The notes under the pieces are model-generated. The model worked only from the letters and a program-made list of their open reading frames with translations. It searched no databases and was not told the DNA's origin. From NCBI GenBank assembly GCA_023231475.1, contig JALJEE010003072.1, positions 51,683-71,682 on the forward strand: 20,000 nt of DNA. The letters are read 5' to 3'. The position numbers were made by a program, and so were the translations under genes. Origin of the DNA: Seison nebaliae (taxonomy: Eukaryota). Below, in pieces: positions 10,816-20,000 of the stretch (positions are counted from its first letter, which is position 1; each line of letters starts with the position of its first letter).

Positions 10816-12554
10816 TTAAAATATCGATTGAATTAATAGGATTAAGATATTTCGAGGAAGTTTTGTGAATTGTTCACGTTCATTCTTCAAACAATATCGA
10901 AGACAATCCACATGTCCGACGAGATTCACTAGAATTTTATCTAGAGATACTTCGTTGAAATAGGCATATTGTTTCATATCTAAGATCTCGTGAATGATAT
11001 CGACAACTTTAAATTTGCCTTTTGGATATGTGAGAAATTCTAAATAAAATAATTGGACGGTGTGAACGGCACATTCTTCGATGAGAAATTCCTTCGCCGT
11101 TTTCCAAATATCCAGTAGGAGATTGATGTTAGTTTCGTTCATGACGGTTTTTGGTCGTGCTTTTCTCGATTGACACGAAAGAGGAATGTTGACCACTGAA
11201 GTTGATATATCGTTATTGATTTCGAAGGAGAATTGGAATGTGTAGCAGAAATAAATGATGTTGAGAATGACGTCATGTGGATATTGTAAATATATAATGG
11301 TCATTTTATCATTTTCTTCTTTTTTATTTGAATATTTGATGATGGATTGAAAATATCGAGATTGATTCCACAAAATATGAGAATGAGCATATACGGAGAA
11401 ATCTTCATTTTGCTCATTTTTCATAATGAATTGGAGATCGGGACGGAAAATATCTTTAGTCATTTCAGCAATCTCAAAATCCATCAAATTCAATTGATTT
11501 CGATATTTCTCCCATTCTTCCTCACTCATCGTTTCATTACCAAATCGTTGGGCATAAATGAATAAGGGTAATCTCTCCATTTGATTGAAAGCTTGAAGGA
11601 GGAAAGCATTTCTCGTCCAAAGCGGCAAATTACTTAACGACTTATTCTCTATCGAGTTGACTGGAAAGAAAGTTGGAGCAAACGTGTTCATCGCAGCTAA
11701 ATGTATGCCAGCTAATGTATACATGTTAATACTCTTATCAATTAGTAATCGGATAGCACAACACTTGAAAGCAACTCGACGAATATTCGGACGATTTATC
11801 ATTCCCAACTTTGAAAAAAAAAGAGAAAAAGAATATTAAAAAATCAAATTTTTCAAATTCAAAAATTGAAATTTAACGGAATGTCTATTTTCGTGGGAGG
11901 TACTTGGAGGTTGTGTGGCTGATCTGATTCGTCGACGATAAATTGAAATAAATTGATATTTTTTATCATTTTTTCGATCTTTTGTCGGATCGATGACCGT
12001 CAACAAATCTTCGTCGAAATCCAATCGAGCATCAATTCCAATCAGTCCGGCCGATCCGAATGTTTCATAAAAATCGAAATGATGGACATAAACATAACTA
12101 GGGAACGAGACGTAGAGAGTTCCGATCTCTCCATTTTTTACGGGAAGTGAAGCACCATTTTCTGATGAGGATGCAGGAAAATCTTTCGGCTTCCCTGTCA
12201 CAAGTTTCACATCTCGACGAATTAATTCGTTTCCTGTACATCCCGTCGCCCAAAAATATTTCAAATCAGATTGATCGATGTTCTTATTCCAACAGAATCC
12301 CTGTAACAATAAAAGTTAATGAATTGGAATTTAAATTAATAATAACAATCTTAAAATATTCTGGTAGATAATGATCTTTATTACGTTCATCGAAATTATA
12401 TGACCAATCATGATCTGATTGTGATAACATTATTCTTTCCCAACACTTCTACTCAACTTATTTAAATGTTAGAACTAACTTCCGAATTACGTAACATCCA
12501 AGCTAATATTTTCGTCAAAGCAACATCTTCAATTTCATTATTTTTTAAAAACAT
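10816..12554 (-). CDS. BTB/POZ-domain protein with an N-terminal FBXL4-like beta-sandwich domain
   Basis: Introns 11809-11877 and 12301-12346 fuse ORFs 10816-11808 and 11836-12309 in frame. BTB motifs: PDLQF, VYAHSHILWNQSRYFQSII, NIIYFCYT. Start is ATG 12430, or ATG 12554 via a 31-nt intron 12449-12479 (less certain). Confidence 0.75.
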
Positions 12555-13056
12555 TCACATTCAATAAAATAGTTTCATCAGATAATGAAACGGAAATATT
12601 TCATAATTCCTTTTCATTCTAAAATTTTTTTTTTTCAAATACCATTCGTTTAATTTGAAATTGAAACAATTCTTTTTTTACGTTGAAAAATTTGGGAAAC
12701 AGAAAACAATTTTCTGAAAACACAACAAAAACTTATTTCACTTTTTCAATTTAATTTTTTTAACCAAAAAATAATATAAAACCTTAAAAGACAATCTTAC
12801 AATCTGTTAGAGTAACTTACAATTATATTAATAATTATTATGTAATTGATGTTCAACAATAAAATAATTTAATAAAGACTAAATATTTTTGAAAAGAACG
12901 ACTTATGTTTTGAAAGAGATATTTCAGGAGGAAAGATTTCCGACGGGCAGAAAGAGATTAAAAGTGAAAAAAATATATATTCAAAATAAATTTTCAGTTT
13001 AGTTATTTTTAGTTTCGTAGCACGTGATTAGTGTAGTCTTATTTATTTGTTGAAGA

Positions 13057-13962
13057 ATGGGACTTGGTAATAAACTTGAGGATAATATTCCTCATCGAGA
13101 ATTATCACACAAATTGGTAAAAAGATTCGTGGATAAAGTGAATGCCATCAATACAGGAATGGTAATGTCAGATTGTTATATTCTGAAGAAGATAATTTCC
13201 TTGATTGATCTCACTACATTGACAGCGACAGATACAACTGAGAATGTCTCTCGTTTAGTCGTCAAAGCAATAACTCCATTGGTGCAAGATAAGAAAGTTC
13301 ATTGTGCTGCTGTGTGTGTATATCCGTTACGTGTGACAGATGTGAAGAAGGCTTTAGATCTCGTCCATTTGACAGATGAAGAAAGTAATTTGAAAAATTT
13401 AGAAATCGCATCAGTTGCTACTGGTTTCCCTAGTGGCATGTATCATATCAAAGAGCGATTAGCAGAGATCGATCATTCGGTGGAAGATGGTGCCACTGAA
13501 ATCGACATCGTATTAAATAGAACTCTCGTTCTCGAACACAAATGGTCGGAAATCTTCGAAGAGATCAAACAAATGAAAGAATCTTGTCGACATGCACATC
13601 TCAAATGTATTTTAGCCACTGGTGAATTGGAGACGTTACAAAACATTTATCGTGCCTCATATATTTGTATGATGGCGAACGCTGATTTCATCAAAACATC
13701 TACAGGAAAAGAAAAAAAGAATGCTGAATTTTTGACGGCTATTCCTATGTTATTTGCCATTCGAGATTTTTATGAGAAGACAGGTAAATTTGTAGGATTT
13801 AAAGCAGCAGGAGGAATATCCACAACAAAAGATGCCATTCGATGGATGGCTCTCGTCAAAATGATTTTAGGAGATCAATGGATGAAACCGAGTCTCTTTC
13901 GATTTGGAGCATCGTCATTATTAGAAGATGTGAAGAAAATGTTCGAAGAACGTTTCTTATAA
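13057..13962 (+). CDS. DERA: Deoxyribose-phosphate aldolase, intronless
   Basis: 301 aa with IDLTTL, AAVCVYP, ASVATGFPSG, GATEIDIV, LKCILATGEL, DFIKTSTGKE (Schiff-base Lys), GFKAAGGI, FRFGASSLL. Confidence 0.97.
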   Translation: MGLGNKLEDNIPHRELSHKLVKRFVDKVNAINTGMVMSDCYILKKIISLIDLTTLTATDTTENVSRLVVKAITPLVQDKKVHCAAVCVYPLRVTDVKKALDLVHLTDEESNLKNLEIASVATGFPSGMYHIKERLAEIDHSVEDGATEIDIVLNRTLVLEHKWSEIFEEIKQMKESCRHAHLKCILATGELETLQNIYRASYICMMANADFIKTSTGKEKKNAEFLTAIPMLFAIRDFYEKTGKFVGFKAAGGISTTKDAIRWMALVKMILGDQWMKPSLFRFGASSLLEDVKKMFEERFL

Positions 13963-14065
13963 ATTTCTTCATCATTTCCAGAATTATTGCCATTTATTCA
14001 TTCACTTTTCATTTTAAAATTATTTATTTAGAAAATAAAAAATTCTTTTGTCTCTGTTCAAATCG

Positions 14066-15691
14066 ATGGAAGAAGATGATGATGATTTCTTAGAAATCGT
14101 TCAAGATTTCGATAATAAATATGATTATCTTATCAGTTATTATTTCATTTAATTTCTGTAATATATTAATTTCGTTTCTATAGAGGATTTTGAAGGAAAT
14201 GCAAAAAATGATGAACAACCAATGGATAAGAAATTATGTGGTAAGTTTCGAAGTAAAATGGTTTTCGGTTAATCGAAATGATTTGTAAATTAATTTAAAA
14301 ATACATATTATTTTATTCTATCAGACAATTTAGATAATTTTATTAATAAGAATTGCTCACATGATATAAAGAAGTTCATTTATTATTTCTCCAAATTAAA
14401 TTTCAAATTTATCAACAGAAATCGATATAAAGATAAATCAGATCGAGCCACCGTCGAACAGGTGTTGGATCCGAGAACGAGAATGATTATATTGAAATTG
14501 TTAAATCGGAGTATTCTCTCACAAATTAATGGATGTCTTAGTACTGGAAAAGAGGCGAATGTTTATCATTCATTATCAGGAGATGGTGATTTGATGGAAA
14601 AGTTGAAATTGGAACATGAGAAAGATGATGATTTTCAAATTGCGGTAAAAATTTACAAAACGTCAATTCTCGTTTTTAAAGATCGTCAGAAATATGTGGA
14701 AGGTGAATTTCGTTATCGGAATGGTTTTTGTCGAAGTAATCCGAGAAAAATGGTGAAAACTTGGGCGGAAAAAGAATTTCGGAATTTGAGTCGAATGTAC
14801 GAAGCGAAAATTCCTTCTCCTCTTCCAATTATTGTGAGGAATAATGTTTTGTTGATGGAATTCATTGGGGATGAAATGAGAGCGGCACCAAAATTAAAAG
14901 ATGTGTTTTTTGAAGATTATCAATTGATCGAGAAAGCATATTTCGAATGTCTCTCTATCATCCGATTAATGTACGTAAAAGCGAAATTGATTCATGCAGA
15001 TTTAAGTGAATTCAATCTCTTATATTTTGATCATCATGTCGTCGTCATCGACGTATCACAATCAGTAGAACATAATCATCCGATGGCACTGAAATTCTTA
15101 CGATCTGATATCACTAATATAAACAATTATTTTAGAAAACAATTACATAAATGTTTTTCTTTACGAAAAATTTTTTTTTGGGTTGTTTCTGATGAGAAAT
15201 TAAAAAATGAAGTTGGAACAATTGTCGAAGATAATATGGAACAATTATCAGACTTTTTTAAATCCATGATATTAATCGAATCGAAATCGTCGGTAGCCGA
15301 AGATGAAACATTCAAAGACATTTATCTCCCACAAACGTTAAATGATGTAATCGATTATGAGAGAGATATTCGTCAATTAGATGACGAAGCAAATCAATCA
15401 TCTAATGTTACATCAAAACGATTTCTTGTCGATAGTAATGAGAAAGGTAAAAATCGAATGAATTCTATTGATGAGACGAACATTGAAAAGGAGAATATTG
15501 AAGAATCAGAAGATATATCGGATTCTGTTGAGTCGAATATTCATAATCGGAAGAAAGATGAAACATTAGAAGAAAAGAGAGAAAGGAAGAAACTGGTGAA
15601 AGAAGCAAAAGCGGAAAAGAGAAAAGATAAAATACCGAAACATGTGAAAAAACGTCATCATCGGAATTGCGTATCTAGGAAACAAAATTGA
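14066..15691 (+). CDS. RIOK1: RIO1 atypical Ser/Thr kinase (40S maturation), 4 exons
   Basis: KDKSDRATVEQVLDPRTR, STGKEANVY, KIYKTSILVFKDR, NPRKMVKTWAEKE, HADLSEFN, IDVSQSVE, KIPKHVKK. Introns 14136-14183, 14268-14324 and 14374-14418 extend the ORF to ATG 14066. Confidence 0.96.
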
Positions 15692-16104
15692 AAAAGATTT
15701 CTGTGTTTTATTCGATGAGAATCGATGGGAAATATTGAATCTCCAACAACCAATTATTAAAACCTTTTATCATATGATAATGTCAAGTTAATAAATTATG
15801 TAAAATCTCAAAAAATTTATTGAAATATTTTGAAGTTGTAAAAGAATTTTCAATGACCTAATTATAATAGTGCTTTTTATTAAATTTAAAAACGTATTAA
15901 TTTTATGTAAAAAAACATTAAGAAATCATAAAACGAACGTTAAAAAGAATTACGTTAACTTAAATGAAAAGTTGATTTCAAATGTGAAAAAAATTTCATA
16001 ATTCGAAATTGAAAATTAATTGAGAACATTTTTTAATTTCTCTTCTTTTTCCCTTTCTGATTTCTTCGTTTTTTTTTTCTGTTTCCGCTCAAAAAGATGT
16101 TGTT

Positions 16105-16389
16105 CTATTTTTTCATGTCGAAAACATTTCCACAAATAACTTTATGGCGCTTATGGGAAATTATGTAGTTCAAACAATGATTTCTCCTTTCTAACATGTT
16201 GTTGGTGCGAGGAAGACCGTTTTTCGTCTTTTCATAATTATTCCACAGCGATGGAGGAAATGGTCCTTCGTTATTTAGAAAGTTCAATTGGAAATATTGG
16301 AATAAACTTTGGAATTTTTGTCCTATTTGCTAAAAGTAAGAGACCACTTTTCTGTTGATTGAGTCAACAAAGTTCTCGAATGCATTCAT
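16105..16389 (-). mobile_element. Decayed MULE transposase C-terminal catalytic-region fragment
   Basis: FPPSLWNNY...LPRTNNMLE matches the MULE RTNN..E motif. The upstream broken frame NAFENFVD..VVSYF*QIG also fits. It contains a stop and a frameshift. Confidence 0.75.
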
Positions 16390-16619
16390 TGCGATTATAT
16401 TATTCAGGATAAAACGATCACGTCAACTCTATGGAAGCATCTCTAGAAGAAAAATCCGACAGCTTATGGACAAGCTAAGAACATGGATGATGCCCTGATT
16501 TTATGCAACAATCTCATTACGCGACCGATTTAATCCCTTGTTGGATTGTTGAAAGTGAAATTTTCCTTAATTTGATAATAATTGGCGGCCAGGTTTGAGA
16601 TTACCATGTCGAAAAACGA

Positions 16620-16990
16620 TCACGGATCATTTTGTAGGTAATAAGAAACGTGAATTGTTAGGTGATCTGATCGAAATCGCAGAAGACCAAAAATTTTTAG
16701 TAATATTCTTCTGATAATTTAAATTATCCATAACCAGTGATCACTAGAGTCATGTACGTTCACGATTTATCGCATTTTCAATTAGAACTCTGGGTAGGAA
16801 TGCAAACATACTAAAATTTTGTGCTGATATCCTAGGATCATGCAAGCTTATCATATTCGAAAGTCGTGAATTACATTCTTCAATCCCCGCTACTTGCATT
16901 CCAATTGAGAAACTCAGCAATTATAGGATCAATCAATCCTGCCGAATAAACAGGACCAGATAACAAGTTGGAATTCCACATACTAAATGA
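16620..16990 (+). mobile_element. Possible highly decayed non-LTR retrotransposon (LINE) ORF2 fragment
   Basis: Broken frames read NANILK and AIIGSINPAE*TGPDN..HILN, resembling the KAxGPDxI motif that precedes LINE reverse transcriptase domains. The match is very short. Confidence 0.25.
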
Positions 16991-18037
16991 TCAAATCCAT
17001 CCATGAAATTTTCGAAAGTTTATCAATATTAATTGATATGCCGTCAAAATCCGATGTCGAAGAATTATTGAAGATATTTCATCCGATTTTTGAAATGAAG
17101 ATGGACGCGATGAAGGACGATATATTTTCGATATTAGAAAATGAAAGTATTTAAATAATAATTGTTTGGTTGGGGAAAAGGAGATCATCGACAATTCATC
17201 TTTTTTAATTACCTTTATCGACAAATTCGTCGAAGAACTAGATGATCGGTTCTGAAAATTCTTCGAGAATCCTCTCTTTTTGGTTGCAATATATTATTTC
17301 TTTCATTCTGTTCTATTGAAAACTGTGATTTTGCCACTCACAAAATGGTGATTTCGTCACCTGTTGTCATATAGGAAGTTTGTTATTAACTTTTTCAATT
17401 CTTAAACCAATAGAAAATTAGTTAAATAAATTTTAATAGAGAAATACTAATAGATAAGCTATACATGATTTAATTGTTTTTAATTTTTAGAATTATTTCC
17501 TTACCATGTTTAAAGTTTTAATGCTTTATACTTCCCATCATTAATTTCTGCTCGAGAAGTTTGCGGAAGATTTGTAGATATCGATTTTAGAAACACTATT
17601 TGGTTGATCATTCGACATTGTGACTCACAACGTTTCATTCACAACTTGTGAATATGTGGAAGAGATATGATATTTTAATATAGTTAATAAAATATAAGAC
17701 AACGTGTCGTGTTTTTATTTTGAGAGCTTTTTTTCGAAAAAATTCAATTTATTTTACAGCAATGTCGTGGCTCTTCGTTAGTAGGGGAGTTTGTATTTTG
17801 TTCACTCATCTCAAGAAGTAGATGTTTAAGATTTTATAAGAAAGAGAGAATAATGTTGTTGTTAAGAATAAATTTAAGTTCTTAATATTTATGATTTTTG
17901 AAGTAAGCTTTCTTCTCGAGTGGGTTCATTTAGGAAGAGCACTACAGCAATTTTAGATTGTTTAATTTGAACATTTTGGTGGTAATTGAAATGAAAAGCT
18001 TTGGAAACAGATGAATTTGAGGTGAATAAGAAAGTGA

Positions 18038-19178
18038 ATGAGAATGTTCGATGTGAAGATATATTGTGAATTGGAAAAAATTCTAGAAGAAGAGAATGTG
18101 GAATTGTTTGTGGAATGGAGAATTAATTATGGGAATTTATTCGGAGAGGATTTCTTCTGTCGACCCAAACAAAAGAAAGAAGATAAAGAGAAATTGGAGA
18201 AATCAAATGTGGACGGAATTGAGATTAATGGGAAATTCAATAAATTACCGAACGATTTAATTCAACAGTCGTTACTTCTTTCCAATTTGTTCGAGATAAA
18301 TGAAATTTGTTCACTCGATTTATTAATTAATTCATGTAGTGAATCGATAGTGAATGATGGAAATGCAACAGCATTGAATAGTGTCACTGTCTTTTATGAG
18401 ATATTTCATTTTTGGATAAGAACATTAAATATTTTATTAATAAATTCCAATGGTCATATGTGGAAATCAGATTTGAAGAATGAGAATTTAATTGAAGAAA
18501 TTAATTTCTTCTTATTGGAAATGTTCAATAAAAAAGATTTATTTAAACGTCTCATCGAATTAGTTGGTGAACGTTGTTGGAGAAAAGAACAAAATCGTTT
18601 ATTGGAATTTCGAGCATTGGGGGAAAAGAGTCATCGAGTTTTAATAAGAAAATTTTATGAAGAAACAACGTCATCGATTTGTGAATCGATTTTATTATTC
18701 TCTTCACAATTTCTATTGACATCGGAAAGATTTTTTCAATTATTAAATTTCATTTCAGATAATCGAAATCTTTCAATTTTATTAAATGATACAGTTGATT
18801 TGAATGATATTGAAATAACATCGATAGAGATAGAAGAAAAAATAATTGAAAATGAATTTCAAAAAAAATTATTTCAAAAATTTCTTCCATATCCAAGAAC
18901 GCTTTATTTGGTGAGTAGTTTATTGATAAATTTGGATTTGAATAATTTTTGTTTATCTTCACAAATAATTTTTGATGAATTAAATTATAATATAACAACA
19001 ACAACAACGACGACGAATTCAGAAGAAATTCGATTGAAACGTTTTAATTTATCTCATTATTTGTTAATATCATTAAATCGATCACCATTATTTGTATTGA
19101 GAGACAAATTGGAAATTGAAGAAATTTTAAAAGAATTGGAATCGTTTTATGAAAATAATTTAGAAACAAGAAATTCTA

Positions 19179-19210
<32 letters not shown>

Positions 19211-20000
19211 TTAGATTCGAATGAAACTGATAAAGAATTTATTCGTTCACTTTTAGAGAAATTTAATTCGAATACAAATTTTATAGAAAATTTAGAATTG
19301 AAATTAAAATTTGAAATTAATTCGAATAAAACAAATAAATTCTTCATGAATTGTGTTCGTCCTCTCCTTCTTCTTCAATTGGGCAATTTATTGAGATTAA
19401 TTGGAACACAATCGAATGATAATGCTCTGAAAAATGTTGTGATGGAAATGAATGAATTTTCAGAGAATGAAGAATATTTTATTGAAATGGCATTTGAAAG
19501 TCGAATATTTGGATATTTCTCCGATTCTTTAATTCCTTCACTTCAACGAATGAGATCTGATAATTTGACACAAATCCATTGGGAACATTTAATTCTTCGA
19601 CAATTTCATTCAATTTTTATTTCTTTAATTTTATTCTGGCCATTAAAATTGAGAGAATTGAGAAGTCAATGTGATGAAGAAATTTATTCTCGAAATCAAA
19701 TGACACAACCAATAAAGAAATCACAATATAATGAAGATTTCTTCAATGAAAGTTTCCGATGTGATACGTCGATGATAGAAGAAGAATCGAAACAATTCGA
19801 TGATCCAGATTTCCTTCAATTCATTAATGCAATGATTTCTTTTTATAATTATCCGAATGAATTTATGAAATATTTTACTGATCAATTTTGGCAATTATAT
19901 GATCAAATTCTTGAATATGGAATGGAATATTCATCAAATCATTTTATGTTCAATGAAATAAATCATTCAATTCATTCATATCAAATCAATTTCTCAAGTT
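18038..20000 (+). CDS. NUP205: Nuclear pore complex protein Nup205/Nup192, 5' part (runs off the window; absent from the ORF track because it has no stop)
   Basis: Frame open from ATG 18038 to the window end. LPNDLIQQSLLLSNLFEINEICSLDLL, GHMW, RALGEKSHR and RQFHSIFISLILFWPLKLRELRSQCDE match the conserved Nup205 N-terminal blocks as I recall them. Confidence 0.88.
19181..19207 (+). repeat. (GAT)9 coding microsatellite (poly-Asp) in NUP205
   Basis: Nine perfect GAT units in frame. A poly-Thr run (ACA)4(ACG)3 lies at 18995-19015. Confidence 0.95.

Noticed and set aside
12932..12942. U5 snRNA-like AAAGATTTCCG
   Set aside because: The invariant loop I GCCTTTTAC and the supporting stem are absent.
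13021..13026. CACGTG E-box upstream of DERA
   Set aside because: A single hexamer with no supporting evidence.
13057..13962. Bacterial deoC acquired by horizontal transfer
   Set aside because: The motifs match animal-type DERA and other host genes here are also intronless. A phylogeny would be needed to claim HGT.

Overview
AT-rich, gene-dense eukaryotic (most likely metazoan) genomic DNA read with the standard genetic code. It is not prokaryotic: the fragmented ORF track reflects many short spliceosomal introns, mostly 42-69 nt. Hand-splicing gives eight genes: a MAM-like single-pass membrane protein (+), a phosphoethanolamine N-methyltransferase-like protein with degenerate active sites (-), a C-type-lectin-domain membrane protein (+), Golgi alpha-mannosidase II (+, 12 exons), an FBXL4-N-terminal-like + BTB protein (-), DERA (+), RIOK1 (+) and the 5' part of NUP205 (+). 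Decayed Mutator (MULE) transposon pieces are also present. The main unusual signal is the splicing code: all 26-27 introns I could place begin with GTT, with no consensus at +4 to +6, while textbook GTAAGT/GTGAGT donors sit apparently unused inside conserved exons. This suggests a lineage with rewired 5' splice-site recognition. Gene packing is extreme: 6 nt between convergent stops, 65 nt between divergent starts, and 103 nt between tandem DERA and RIOK1 (operon-like). All family assignments come from motif recognition by eye; no searches were run.
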